Below are positions 31,697-42,576 of a DNA stretch of 64,000 bases, piece after piece. The position numbers and the translations under genes were made by a program. The notes beneath the pieces were generated by a model. That model worked only from the letters and a program-made list of their open reading frames with translations. It ran no database searches and was not told the origin of the DNA. This DNA comes from a virus: the IMG/VR virus record IMGVR_UViG_3300021430_000595. One strand, written 5' to 3'. Position 1 is the stretch's first letter; each line of letters opens with the position of its first letter.

Positions 31697-32696
31697 CGGT
31701 AAATATATTATTCAAGCAACAGGACCTTTATTAACTTATCGTCTTGAATTATTAAGGGAAGCATGTCCTGTTGCGAAAGATTTTTTATTGGTTTTAACCA
31801 ATCAATTTTCATATGATAATTTCTTTAAAGATTTTCATGATTCATTTACATTTGTGATTATGGATGATTACAGAAAAAATCATCCAATAAGTTTAGAATA
31901 TGAGGTGTTTCCTGAATTTATGGATGAAGAAGAGTTCTTGAAGAATATTCACACTTTTTATGGTAACTCAACAGATAGATTTTATCCTTATGACATCCAT
32001 AGATTTATTTTCCCATATTTGATTGAAAATAAGATATTAAACTTTGCATTAGTTGATACCGACTTCATAATGGTTAATGACTTTGATGTGTTAAATGATT
32101 TCTTTACACACATACCACCCGGAACGGTTTATGGTCCTTGGCACGGTGAAGACATTAGTCAAAAACCATTAAAGGATATATTTTGGAAAGAATTACAACC
32201 CAATTTCCCTCAGATTAAATTAGAATCACCATTTTTAAGAACAATTGATGGTTGGATGAGAGCGTTTCATTTCAGAAACCTTGAGGAAATGGAATTACTT
32301 TTTAATATTTGGAACTCAGCTTTAGATAAAGTTTACACAATGGAAACGGAAAAATTACAAGGACAGAATACTGTAATTATTTCATCAACCGAATGGGTTA
32401 TTTCACATATAATGCAGTTTTTTGAACACAACTACGGTTATGGTTTTTATGATTGTTATGAATTTATGAGAGTAAAAAATCATAATATTGAAATTGGTAG
32501 ACATTATACAAGGGTGGAGGATACAATATATGCTGGACCGAGAGAGTGTTGGAAACATTTTAATTTTGATTACTCAGATACAACAACAATCTCTGCGTTT
32601 ATAAAAAATAACAAAGAACCGTTAAGATTATACTATGATGGTCCTTTTAAAAACGTAAATGTAACCGACAAATACGTTTACACAAACTTCAAATAA
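31686..32696 (+). CDS. putative GT-A glycosyltransferase
   Basis: DIHRFIFP...VDTD (DxD); paralogue of 33521. Confidence 0.5.
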   Translation: MQTNGKYIIQATGPLLTYRLELLREACPVAKDFLLVLTNQFSYDNFFKDFHDSFTFVIMDDYRKNHPISLEYEVFPEFMDEEEFLKNIHTFYGNSTDRFYPYDIHRFIFPYLIENKILNFALVDTDFIMVNDFDVLNDFFTHIPPGTVYGPWHGEDISQKPLKDIFWKELQPNFPQIKLESPFLRTIDGWMRAFHFRNLEEMELLFNIWNSALDKVYTMETEKLQGQNTVIISSTEWVISHIMQFFEHNYGYGFYDCYEFMRVKNHNIEIGRHYTRVEDTIYAGPRECWKHFNFDYSDTTTISAFIKNNKEPLRLYYDGPFKNVNVTDKYVYTNFK

Positions 32697-32719
32697 TAAT
32701 AAAACTAAATAAAAACAAA

Positions 32720-33520
32720 ATGGCAAGCAATTTTTTTACAAAATTAGTGAACTTGGTTTCACCCTCTTCAACATCATCAACTGAAGAACCAATTACTTAC
32801 AATTACACGGAAGAAGATTTCATAAAAGTTTTAAAACCATACAATATTTTTCAAAAGAAAAAAAGAATTGGTCCAAATGAGGATGGTGGTTATGTTTGTT
32901 CAGAATTCGTTTTAGAAAACTGTTCGGCATTAATGACATATGGTGTTGGTCACGACATTAGATACGAAGAAGAATTCGTGAGATTATACAACAAACCGGC
33001 ATATCTTTTTGACCACACTTTAGGTTGGAAAGAAGAATTTGAAAGAAACGGTTTAAAATTCATACCGGAAGGTTTGGGAAGTGCGGAAAATTGTAAAGAT
33101 TTTTATGAACACTACCAAAAATACGGTCTAACTGAAAACATCCTACTTAAAATTGATGTTGAAGGTGCTGAATGGGAATTCTTCAAGACCGTAAATGTTG
33201 AGAATCTCAAGAACACCGTAATGGGTATTGTTTTAGAAATCCATTGGATTGATAGTCTTGAAAATAAAAAGAGTTTGGCGGAAATGTTTAATCGTATTTC
33301 ACCATATTTCGTTTTGGAACATACACACGCAAACTCATGGGGATATAATTTTGAACATAATGGAATGACAATCCCTTCAGTTCTTGAACTTTCATTTGTC
33401 AATAAAAAATTCGTACAAAAAATGGAAATTGATACTGCGGATTATCCAATTGAAGGTTTAGATTATTCAAATAACCCAAACATTGAGGATGTTAAATTAG
33501 ATTTCTTAAAAAGTGTATAA
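32720..33520 (+). CDS. FkbM/Methyltransf_22-like SAM methyltransferase
   Basis: RIGPNEDGGY; YGVG; LKIDVEGAEW; HTHAN. Confidence 0.8.
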   Translation: MASNFFTKLVNLVSPSSTSSTEEPITYNYTEEDFIKVLKPYNIFQKKKRIGPNEDGGYVCSEFVLENCSALMTYGVGHDIRYEEEFVRLYNKPAYLFDHTLGWKEEFERNGLKFIPEGLGSAENCKDFYEHYQKYGLTENILLKIDVEGAEWEFFKTVNVENLKNTVMGIVLEIHWIDSLENKKSLAEMFNRISPYFVLEHTHANSWGYNFEHNGMTIPSVLELSFVNKKFVQKMEIDTADYPIEGLDYSNNPNIEDVKLDFLKSV

Positions 33521-34585
33521 ATGATAGCATTAAACGTTTTTGGACCCGCATTAAAATACAGATTGGATTTGTTAAAACAATCTTCGTATGATGTGAGAGA
33601 TAAAATTCACATATTAACTGATAAAGTGTCATATGAAAAGTTTTACACCGAATTCCACAATGACTATGTTTTTTTCTTTGTTGAGGATTACATGTCGGAA
33701 TATGAGTTAAGTGTAAAACATGAAGTAATACCAAATATTTTTGAAAACGAAAAAGACCATTTTGAAAACTCGAATTCGTTTTATAAGAAGACCGATAATT
33801 TCTTTTCATTTGATATCCACAGATTTGTTTTTCCATATTTTATTTCAAAAGGAATTAAGAATTTTGTAATCATTGATAGTGATTTGATATTATCCAACGA
33901 CGAAAATGTTATTGTTGAATTCTTTAACACAATACCGGAAAAAACTTTTTACGCACCAAGTCTTGGTCAAGATTTTAATTTAAATGTGAAACAGAAATTT
34001 TGGGATAATTTAAATAACAATATTATCCCAAAAGATTTCACACTACCAAATGAACTTACATTATTTGATGGGTGGTTAAGAGGTTTTAATTTTGAAACGA
34101 TTGAGGATACTCAGAAATTTTTCGATTTATGGAATGATTCATACTTGGAACTATTGGAACAGAGAAAAAATCCAATTGTGCAAATAACTAAAAATGGAGA
34201 AGGACCATTGATTTGGTCTAATGAATGGATATTTTCACATTGCGTTAAAATATTTGAACAGTGTTACGGATATAATATTGATTACACCATATCTTTTAAT
34301 CCGGGTAATGTTTGTTTACCAAATAAACCAAATATATTATTCGGTAAACATTGTCCAAGACCTGAAGATAATTTGTTTTATGTGGTACAGAAATACGTAG
34401 ACGATAAAGGTGAATATAGATACCCAAGTAGAGGTGCTTGGCATGATTTCAGATTTGATTATGATTGTGAAAGAACAACATCATCTTTTATTCAAAAAAA
34501 TAAACAAGAACTGATTAGATATTACGAAAGTAATGGATTTAAAGTAATAGCAACAAATACCCATATTTATACCGAAATAAAATAA
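33521..34585 (+). CDS. putative GT-A glycosyltransferase (paralogue of 31686)
   Basis: GPALKYRL; DIHRFVFP...IDSD; DGWLRGF. Confidence 0.5.
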   Translation: MIALNVFGPALKYRLDLLKQSSYDVRDKIHILTDKVSYEKFYTEFHNDYVFFFVEDYMSEYELSVKHEVIPNIFENEKDHFENSNSFYKKTDNFFSFDIHRFVFPYFISKGIKNFVIIDSDLILSNDENVIVEFFNTIPEKTFYAPSLGQDFNLNVKQKFWDNLNNNIIPKDFTLPNELTLFDGWLRGFNFETIEDTQKFFDLWNDSYLELLEQRKNPIVQITKNGEGPLIWSNEWIFSHCVKIFEQCYGYNIDYTISFNPGNVCLPNKPNILFGKHCPRPEDNLFYVVQKYVDDKGEYRYPSRGAWHDFRFDYDCERTTSSFIQKNKQELIRYYESNGFKVIATNTHIYTEIK

Positions 34586-35586
34586 TGAAAGTAAATTTAT
34601 ATTACGAATTCCCAAATTCAAGTGCATTAACTAATGGTAGTATATATGTTTCTTGGCCGGTTTTGTTTTCTAAAATCGCAGACATGTTAGTTGAAAAATA
34701 TCCAACTATTGAATTTGAGAAAATACATAGATGGTCAGGTAATATGTCATCAAAAAATCCATGGTCAACCGAATTGGGTGTTCCATTTGATAAAAACACA
34801 CACTCAAGTATTAGTGACACCATATTCATCATCGAAAACGAAGAGAACAAAAAATATTTTGTAATAAGTCTATGGGATAAAGGTTACTATGAATTAAGTG
34901 CATGGTCGGACTTAGAGGAAAAATGTGTTGAGATATTTTCACATGCGGGAATGCATGTTAGTGATTACAGTTATGAATTATCACCGTTAAAATATACCCC
35001 ATTAAACATGCCGGTAATATTAAATGGTGAAGAAGATATTATTAATGAACTGTATTATCAAAATTTAAAAAATGACACAAGAATAATCCCTGATAAATTA
35101 TTCTTTCAATCATCAAGACCATATTTGTTTAGAGAGTATATTCACTACAATGACAATAGGTTTAATAGTGTTATTGGTTATGATAGAAACATGAGAGATT
35201 GGTTAATAAAATTATCCCAATACAAAATAAATATGGATATCAATTGTGTTGCTGAACCTTCAGGTAGAATAAGTCAAATTTTGGGTTTAGGAACTGCATT
35301 AGTGAGACCTAACACGAGACACCAGTTTCAAAATCCTTTAATACCTGATTATCATTACGTTGAGGTTAAACATGACTTTTATGACCCAACAAAATACGAA
35401 ACGATAAACTCATTTTATAAATCACTATCAGATGCGTATATTGATGCATTTGAAAGAGTTAAAAATGATGAAGAGTTTTTAAGATATGTTTCAAAAAATG
35501 GGAGGGAGTATTGGGAAAATTACTGTGTTGGTTCAAATTGGTTAAAAACCACGGTTGGTCTGATTAATTTGGATAAATTGATGTAG
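34585..35586 (+). CDS. putative GT-B glycosyltransferase (GT90/Glyco_trans_1_2-like)
   Basis: KINMDI...R..QILGLG...LIPDYHYV...VSKNGREYW; ends TAG TAA. Confidence 0.55.
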   Translation: MKVNLYYEFPNSSALTNGSIYVSWPVLFSKIADMLVEKYPTIEFEKIHRWSGNMSSKNPWSTELGVPFDKNTHSSISDTIFIIENEENKKYFVISLWDKGYYELSAWSDLEEKCVEIFSHAGMHVSDYSYELSPLKYTPLNMPVILNGEEDIINELYYQNLKNDTRIIPDKLFFQSSRPYLFREYIHYNDNRFNSVIGYDRNMRDWLIKLSQYKINMDINCVAEPSGRISQILGLGTALVRPNTRHQFQNPLIPDYHYVEVKHDFYDPTKYETINSFYKSLSDAYIDAFERVKNDEEFLRYVSKNGREYWENYCVGSNWLKTTVGLINLDKLM

Positions 35587-35646
35587 TAATGCTTTACAAA
35601 TATCATAAAACAATGTAAATTTCCATACATAAAGTACGTCTGATGT

Positions 35647-36546
35647 ATGGATTCCACAATAGAAGAAAAATTTAATTCAATACCCAAAGATTTTTTTAAT
35701 CTTAAAATTGTTCATCACGGTGCTGTGGTGAACACAATCTTTGCTGCTGGTTATTTTAACGATAGAGTTATTAAACTCAGTAAAGATATGATTTCGTTAC
35801 AGGTTAATGATGCGTATGGTGACGGTATTAGTAAAATCAACAAAATAAACTTTGAGAATCCTAACCAAGTTGTCAGTATAAGAGTACCTGTGTATGAAAA
35901 ATGGTTATCAAAACCAAGAGAGTTATTGAAGTACATCAAAGAAAATTATAAAACTTTACCCGAATATATTCTTTACACAGATGGTAGTGATGTTGCAATT
36001 CTAAATAATATTGACAACCCAAAAGAAATTTTAGATTACTACCAATGTGATGTTTTGTTTAATTGTGAACCAAATTACATGCACACCGGATTTGGTTTAC
36101 CTTCACACGGATATTATAACCCTCTTTATGAAAAAGAGATTTACGTTTACGAAAATTTAAATGTAGAGAAATATGGAATTGTACATAAAAGGTCAATAAA
36201 TGCGGGTGTGTTTTTAGGTAAGAAAGATTATGTAATCACCATGTTAGAAGAGGCAATGAAATACATGGAAGATGACCATAATAAAGGTTTTCCGTATGGT
36301 TGTTTAGATGACCAATGTATGTTTAGATGGTTACAGAACCAACATTTTGATAAAATTTCGGTGGATGTTTATAATAATTATTTTTTGTTTGGGTATCCAA
36401 AATCAATTGAGGCCGATGAGAGTGATTGGGAACATTTTCAATTTTTCAAAAAGAATTATGAACATATATATCTATCAAAGTACCCACAATTACTTAATAA
36501 AGAAATAAACTTTTTTGATAAAATAAAAAACATCTTCAAATCATAA
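35647..36546 (+). CDS. PLOD/LH3-type glycosyltransferase domain protein
   Basis: ILYTDGSDV; VLFNCE; INAGVFLG; DDQ. Confidence 0.65.
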   Translation: MDSTIEEKFNSIPKDFFNLKIVHHGAVVNTIFAAGYFNDRVIKLSKDMISLQVNDAYGDGISKINKINFENPNQVVSIRVPVYEKWLSKPRELLKYIKENYKTLPEYILYTDGSDVAILNNIDNPKEILDYYQCDVLFNCEPNYMHTGFGLPSHGYYNPLYEKEIYVYENLNVEKYGIVHKRSINAGVFLGKKDYVITMLEEAMKYMEDDHNKGFPYGCLDDQCMFRWLQNQHFDKISVDVYNNYFLFGYPKSIEADESDWEHFQFFKKNYEHIYLSKYPQLLNKEINFFDKIKNIFKS

Positions 36547-36553
36547 ACCACAA

Positions 36554-37417
36554 ATGAAAGTAAATAATATTTTCAAAAAAATTTTCGGTTCATCATCCAA
36601 ACCAATTATAAGTTTAACTACAATACCAACAAGATTGGTTAGTGAATACAGTTATGACATAAAATACTGTTTAGAATCTCTATTAAATCAAACTTATGAT
36701 GATTATGAGGTTCATTTTAATATTCCACACATTTATAAAAAAACAAATGAGGAATATATTATTCCTGAATGGTTAGTAAAATTAGAACAAGAAAATAAAA
36801 AACTAAAGATTTTCAGAACCGAAGATTATGGTACGGTGACTAAGTCATTGCCAACCATTTTAAGAGTAACAAATCCGGAAACAATTATAATTGTTGTTGA
36901 CGATGATTTAGTTTATAATTCAGAATTAGTTTCAGAACATGTAAAAAATCAATCAAAATGGGTGGATAATCCTGTCGGTTATGATGGTATGAGGTCAAGA
37001 AATGAAGATGGTACATTCGCATCACATTTTAGAGATAGTAGAGATTACTATTTTTCCGCAACTCATAGGGACTCAAGAGTCGATATTTTACAACACTATA
37101 AAAGTATATCATACAAAAGACGATACTTTGAAAATGATTTTGAAAATTACATTTTAGAAAACAACCATTGGAATGATGACCTATTAATGTCCGCATATTT
37201 TGCAGGTAAAAAAGTAGATAGAATTGTTACATTCTATGAAAAAGATAAGGTTTGTGAAACATACGAAGAATGGCAGAACCACGTCGGAATATCTTTCCCA
37301 ATAATCAGACATACACAACATAGAAGTGATGAGGGGTGTAATGTTGAGAGAGCAAAAAATGGTGGTGTTGGTGAGGATAAATTTTATAAACTTATTGATA
37401 ATTGTTATAGAAAATAA
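36554..37417 (+). CDS. GT2-like glycosyltransferase
   Basis: ISLTTIPTRL; DYGTVTK; IVVDDD; NDD. Confidence 0.7.
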   Translation: MKVNNIFKKIFGSSSKPIISLTTIPTRLVSEYSYDIKYCLESLLNQTYDDYEVHFNIPHIYKKTNEEYIIPEWLVKLEQENKKLKIFRTEDYGTVTKSLPTILRVTNPETIIIVVDDDLVYNSELVSEHVKNQSKWVDNPVGYDGMRSRNEDGTFASHFRDSRDYYFSATHRDSRVDILQHYKSISYKRRYFENDFENYILENNHWNDDLLMSAYFAGKKVDRIVTFYEKDKVCETYEEWQNHVGISFPIIRHTQHRSDEGCNVERAKNGGVGEDKFYKLIDNCYRK

Positions 37418-37419
37418 AA

Positions 37420-40400
37420 ATGATGGAAAATAATATAGATTATTCAGGGAACAAACAAGTTTTTACTAGCTTGTACGAACATTTTGGTTTCGGTAGTGAG
37501 GAAAGTAGGTCAGGTCCTGGTTCTACTTTGGAAGAAACTAAAGATTTAAGAAATAAACTTGTTGATTTAATCAAAGAAAAAAACATTAAATCAATTGTAG
37601 ACATACCTTGCGGTGATTGGAATTGGATGAAAGAAATTTCAGATAACTTCGAAAGTTACACCGGTGGTGATATTGTTGATGAGTGTGTTAGAGTCAACAA
37701 TGAAAAATACGGAAACGATAAAATTAGATTCGTCAATTTTGATTTATTAAGAGATGAAATTCCTGAAGCGGATTTATTGATTGTTAGGGATGTTATTGGT
37801 CATTACCCATTATTAGAAGGAAATACTATCCTTAATAATATTTTGAAATCAAATTGTAAGTACCTTCTAACAACCACAACGTACAATATTTCAAACGGTA
37901 CAGGTTTATCGGACTACAAAAACAACGATATTGATGTGGGTAGACACTACATGGTAAATCTAATGGATTATCCTTTTAGTTTACCAAGACCTATTGATTA
38001 TATTGAAGAACCACCAAGAATTGACAAATACGAAACAGGTGAAAGAAAAGTAATGGCATTATGGGATTTAACTGCATTAAAACCATTATACCAAATGAAA
38101 CTGAACACTGAGGTGTTAGAAGAAATTGTTATTAGAAACAACACGGATAAGAAAAGTTCATTTTATACTGAAATATATGGTGCGTTGTTTAATGAGTTTA
38201 GAGAGAAAAATTTTAATTTACTAGAAATCGGTTTAGGTACTGCAATACCTGATGTCCCATCAACATTTATTGGTTGGGCATCACAGTATGAGGATTTTAA
38301 ACCATCATCTTGTTTACGTGTTTGGAAAGAGTATTTTCCAAATGCAAATATTCACGGCATCGATATTCAAGAGGATTGTATCATATCTGAAGACAGAATT
38401 AATACATACCTTTTAGATTCAACCAATAAGGAAAAGTGTGATGAACTAATGACGGATTTGAGATTCGATATCATTATTGATGACGGTTTACACACTGCGG
38501 AAGGTCAATATAAAACATTCCTAAACTTTTTCCATAGACTAAATGACAATGGTTTATACATCATTGAAGATATTGGTGGTGGGGGTGATGGGTTAAATGT
38601 CTTTTTAGATTTCCACAACGAGCTTAAAGACATATTAAATCAACATGAATATTTTTGGGATTATGATATCTTAGTTATAAAGAAGAATAACTCTAATAAT
38701 GGTTGTCACATGGGTGAATTTTCACACATGAAAAGATTTAATGATGGATTTTTATCTTTCATTAATTCACAAAAAAATGCATGTCCTTGTGATAGTAAGA
38801 TTGAAGAATTTTTTATTCAAGAAGAAAAAAGAAAAAATGGGGTAGTGGAGACTAAACCCGAAATAAAAACAGGATTTGAAGTAAATAAAAATCTAACAAT
38901 TGTAACGGGGTTATGGAATATCGGTAGACCCGGTAGAGATTTTTCACACTACATTGAACATTTCAAAATGTTCTTGGACATCCCCCAGAATTTATTTATT
39001 TATATTCCAAAAGAATATGAGTATTTGGTTTGGGAAAAAAGAAGTAAGGAAAATACATTCGTTAAAATCTATGAATTAGATGATGTAAAAAATTTATACC
39101 AACCTTTTTGGAACAAAACACAAGAAATTAGAACTAACCCAAATTGGTTTAATCAAGCGGGATGGTTACCTGGTTCACCACAAGCACATTTAGAGTGGTA
39201 CAATCCAATTGTTCAATCAAAAATGTTCATGTTAAACGATGCAACAATATGGAATCCATTTAATACCGAATACTTTTTTTGGTTGGATGCCGGTATAACA
39301 AACACAGTACCTCATAGTCATTTAACTGAAAATAACATATTGGATAAATTACCAAATTACGGTAACCCATTTTTATTTTTAAGTTACCCATATCAAGCGG
39401 AGACTGAAATCCATGGATTCACATTCTCGGATATGAACAGAATTGCTCGTACTGAAGTAAAATATGTTTGTAGAGGTGGTTTATTTGGTGGTCACAAACA
39501 TCAAATTAACGAAGCTAACGCAACATACTATTCAATGTTAACAAACACGTTAAATTCGGGTTTAATGGGAACAGAAGAAAGTGTCTTCACCTTGATGTCA
39601 TATAATGAACCTCATTTATATAGAAGATTCGAATTAGATGGTAACGGTTTAATTGTTAAATTCACCCAAGCAGTTGTTGATAATAATGTAACTATAGTTG
39701 AACCAACCAAAACCGAAGCAAAGAAGTTTATAAAATACACTGACAGAGATGTTGCGAGATTTAAAACAAATCTTTATGTCTTGACATTCAATTTCCCTGA
39801 ACAATTGTTACATACGATTAATTCAATGAAAAAAACCCCTGAATGGCTAACTAAACCTAAACTTTTTCTTTTGGATAATTCAACAATTGGGGAGTCTAAA
39901 GAATTAAATAAACAAATTGCAAAAGAACATAATTTTGAATACATTGATTTGGGTCGTAACACCGGTATTTGTGGTGGAAGACAAGCCGCTGCTGAACATT
40001 TTCATGAATCCGATGCTGACTTCATGTTCTTCTTTGAAGATGATATGACATCAAATCCACCCGAATTTGAGGGACAGTTCTGTAGAAATGGTTTTAGAAA
40101 ATACATACCAAATCTATACAACTTGGTTCACAGAATAATGTTAAAAGAAGATTTCGATTTTCTAAAACTTTCATTCACTGAGGTTTATTTTGATAACGAC
40201 AAACAATGTTCTTGGTATAATGTACCACAACACATTAGAACAAGAGATTGGCCAAATTACGATAAATTACCTGTTTCGGGACTTGACCCTAACGTACCAT
40301 TAACTAATTTCAAAAATATTAGAAATATGGATGGGTTATCATATATTGACGGTGATGTTTATTATGCAAACTGGCCAATGATTGTGAGTAAACAGGGTAA

Positions 40401-40572
40401 TTATAAGATGTTTATTGAAACAAAATGGGCTAACCCATTTGAACAAACATGGATGTCACACATTTATCAACAAACTAAAGAAGGTAAAATAAAACCGGCA
40501 TTATTATTGGCTTCACCTATTTGGCACGATAGAATAAAACACTATCAACCAAATGAAAGAAGAGAAAACTAA
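37420..40572 (+). CDS. four-domain fusion: methyltransferase, methyltransferase, HtrL/YibB-like, GT-A
   Basis: SGPGS..DIPCGD; LLEIG..DIIIDDGLH; LTIVTGLWNIGR..FWLDAG..GTEE; LLDNS..FFEDD. Confidence 0.75.
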   Translation: MMENNIDYSGNKQVFTSLYEHFGFGSEESRSGPGSTLEETKDLRNKLVDLIKEKNIKSIVDIPCGDWNWMKEISDNFESYTGGDIVDECVRVNNEKYGNDKIRFVNFDLLRDEIPEADLLIVRDVIGHYPLLEGNTILNNILKSNCKYLLTTTTYNISNGTGLSDYKNNDIDVGRHYMVNLMDYPFSLPRPIDYIEEPPRIDKYETGERKVMALWDLTALKPLYQMKLNTEVLEEIVIRNNTDKKSSFYTEIYGALFNEFREKNFNLLEIGLGTAIPDVPSTFIGWASQYEDFKPSSCLRVWKEYFPNANIHGIDIQEDCIISEDRINTYLLDSTNKEKCDELMTDLRFDIIIDDGLHTAEGQYKTFLNFFHRLNDNGLYIIEDIGGGGDGLNVFLDFHNELKDILNQHEYFWDYDILVIKKNNSNNGCHMGEFSHMKRFNDGFLSFINSQKNACPCDSKIEEFFIQEEKRKNGVVETKPEIKTGFEVNKNLTIVTGLWNIGRPGRDFSHYIEHFKMFLDIPQNLFIYIPKEYEYLVWEKRSKENTFVKIYELDDVKNLYQPFWNKTQEIRTNPNWFNQAGWLPGSPQAHLEWYNPIVQSKMFMLNDATIWNPFNTEYFFWLDAGITNTVPHSHLTENNILDKLPNYGNPFLFLSYPYQAETEIHGFTFSDMNRIARTEVKYVCRGGLFGGHKHQINEANATYYSMLTNTLNSGLMGTEESVFTLMSYNEPHLYRRFELDGNGLIVKFTQAVVDNNVTIVEPTKTEAKKFIKYTDRDVARFKTNLYVLTFNFPEQLLHTINSMKKTPEWLTKPKLFLLDNSTIGESKELNKQIAKEHNFEYIDLGRNTGICGGRQAAAEHFHESDADFMFFFEDDMTSNPPEFEGQFCRNGFRKYIPNLYNLVHRIMLKEDFDFLKLSFTEVYFDNDKQCSWYNVPQHIRTRDWPNYDKLPVSGLDPNVPLTNFKNIRNMDGLSYIDGDVYYANWPMIVSKQGNYKMFIETKWANPFEQTWMSHIYQQTKEGKIKPALLLASPIWHDRIKHYQPNERREN

Positions 40573-40573
40573 T

Positions 40574-41173
40574 ATGATAAAAAAAGGAATTATTGGTTAT
40601 GGGGGATTTGGTAGAGAAGTCTTCCATAGCCTAACTAAAAAAGAACAAGAAGATATCATTTTTTTTGTACACGATGAATGGTGGAAACCCGGTAATGATA
40701 AGGTTATACCATTGTCAAAATTTAATCCTAATGAATATGAAGTTGTTGTTGCTATTGGTGACCCATCCGACAAAAAGAAAGTTGTTGAATCTCTTCCAAA
40801 AGAAACAAGATTTTTTACTCACATACACAATAGTGCAACTATTTTAGATGATTCAATTGAAATAGGTGAGGGTACAATAATTTGTGCAGGTGTAATATTA
40901 ACAACAAACATAAAGGTTGGGAAACATGTCCATTTAAACCTTTTAACTACGATTGGTCACGACACAGTTATTGGTGATTTCACAACAACCGCACCAGGTT
41001 CAAAAATATCAGGTAATTGTAATATTGGTGAGTGTGTTTATCTTGGTACTAATTCCTCGGTTAAACAAAAAATAAACATTTGTGATAACACAATAGTTGG
41101 ATTAAATGCGGGTATTGTAAGAAATATAGACGAACCCGGTGTATATGTTGGTGTTCCAGCTAAGAAAAAATAA
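40574..41173 (+). CDS. NeuD/PglD-family sugar acetyltransferase
   Basis: GYGGFGREV; VAIGDP; hexapeptide repeats; GVPAK. Confidence 0.88.
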   Translation: MIKKGIIGYGGFGREVFHSLTKKEQEDIIFFVHDEWWKPGNDKVIPLSKFNPNEYEVVVAIGDPSDKKKVVESLPKETRFFTHIHNSATILDDSIEIGEGTIICAGVILTTNIKVGKHVHLNLLTTIGHDTVIGDFTTTAPGSKISGNCNIGECVYLGTNSSVKQKINICDNTIVGLNAGIVRNIDEPGVYVGVPAKKK

Positions 41174-41267
41174 AAAGTCTTGGATTTAAATAGAAAAAGT
41201 TATATATTTACATTATAAAAGGTCATAAGACCATAAACATTGTAATACCCATTTATGGATTCCGAAG

Positions 41268-41510
41268 GTGATAGTAAAACTAAAAGACAAAGAAAAAAGA
41301 TTAATCTTATTCAGAGATACCTCGCTAATGTTAGCGATGTTCTTTCTCCCCTTTGGGTACGACGCCCTATTCAAGTTATTGATGAAAGTCACTGGCTCAT
41401 ATTGGGCTGCAGATATAATTTTCTATTTTATTTCAGGTTGTTTTTGGTTGTGTTATATTGTGCTTTCACGAATGTTATCTAAGAAAGAGAAAACTCAATT
41501 AGATGACTGA
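41268..41510 (+). CDS. small two-TM membrane protein
   Basis: two hydrophobic helices flanking PFGYD. Confidence 0.55.
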   Translation: MIVKLKDKEKRLILFRDTSLMLAMFFLPFGYDALFKLLMKVTGSYWAADIIFYFISGCFWLCYIVLSRMLSKKEKTQLDD

Positions 41511-41800
41511 GAAACCATTTCAATCAACTTTTCTGAATTAACCAACTTATCTTTAATCAAGATACATTTTTCGTATTGTTCATTTTCCTCGTAATGTTTA
41601 AGTAGGTATCTACATAATTTTACGAAAAGATTATAATCTAAACCTATTTTGGGTATGGTCACTGTTGAATAATATTTTAAAATTAATTCATCTTCGACCG
41701 ATAACATCAGTTCGGTAATAAACTCATAATCTTCTTCTGTTGCTTTGTTACCACTAATTAACCTTGCGGATTGTAGTAAATATGAAAACGTCTCATCCAT
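41495..41800 (-). CDS. hypothetical protein with UVR-like motif
   Basis: YEENEQYEKCILIKD. Confidence 0.55.
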   Translation of the reverse strand: MDETFSYLLQSARLISGNKATEEDYEFITELMLSVEDELILKYYSTVTIPKIGLDYNLFVKLCRYLLKHYEENEQYEKCILIKDKLVNSEKLIEMVSQSSN

Positions 41801-41803
41801 AGT

Positions 41804-42127
41804 TTATTCATTTCTTAATTTAGTTTCTAATAATCTAAAACATTCATAAAACCCCTCAACCTCAATCAATTCTCTGTTAGATTTTGATTCTTGACAGGGG
41901 AAGAATATTTTATCTTCATTTAATGAAATACTGTACACCCAATTGTTTTTAGTCATCATTTCAACTGTTAAGTATATTCCGTTCTTATCAAAGAATCTAT
42001 ATAACTTTTTGACATCATAATAACATAAAATAGACAAACAAGGTAGTCCAACGTTTGGAAACATCATTTTTGAAAACGTTTCTAACGCTTTGGGATAAAG
42101 ATATTCAATTTCATACCAATCTATCAT
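41804..42127 (-). CDS. hypothetical protein
   Basis: 107-aa ORF. Confidence 0.6.
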   Translation of the reverse strand: MIDWYEIEYLYPKALETFSKMMFPNVGLPCLSILCYYDVKKLYRFFDKNGIYLTVEMMTKNNWVYSISLNEDKIFFPCQESKSNRELIEVEGFYECFRLLETKLRNE

Positions 42128-42207
42128 ACTAGTAATTATAACGAAACTGATGATATTTGTATATATGAAAGTACTTATAAAATGAAAACTATTAGATATT
42201 TATTGAT

Positions 42208-42576
42208 ATGGATTTTCTAACTGAAGATAAAAAAAATAAAGTAACTGAATTTGTCAAGTTCGTAAAAGATGAACTTGGGTTAAAGAAATGTCCTGTGGTT
42301 ATTTTACAAAATGGTAGGGGTGAACTTAAAACCACCGCAAACTACAACTATTCAGATGAAAAGAAAGTTATTCGAGTAAACTCAAAGAATAGAGCATTGG
42401 TTGATGTGTTAAGAAGTATTGCACATGAAATGGTTCATCACAAACAATTTGAAGATGGGAGATTAAAAGTGAAACCGGCAGATATTGGTGGTGACATCGA
42501 AGATGAAGCTAACGCTATGGCTGGACAATACATAAAAATATTTGCACAGAAAGACAATAGCATTTACGATGAGTAA
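42208..42576 (+). CDS. zincin metallopeptidase-like protein
   Basis: RSIAHEMVHHKQ...IEDEANA. Confidence 0.7.
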   Translation: MDFLTEDKKNKVTEFVKFVKDELGLKKCPVVILQNGRGELKTTANYNYSDEKKVIRVNSKNRALVDVLRSIAHEMVHHKQFEDGRLKVKPADIGGDIEDEANAMAGQYIKIFAQKDNSIYDE

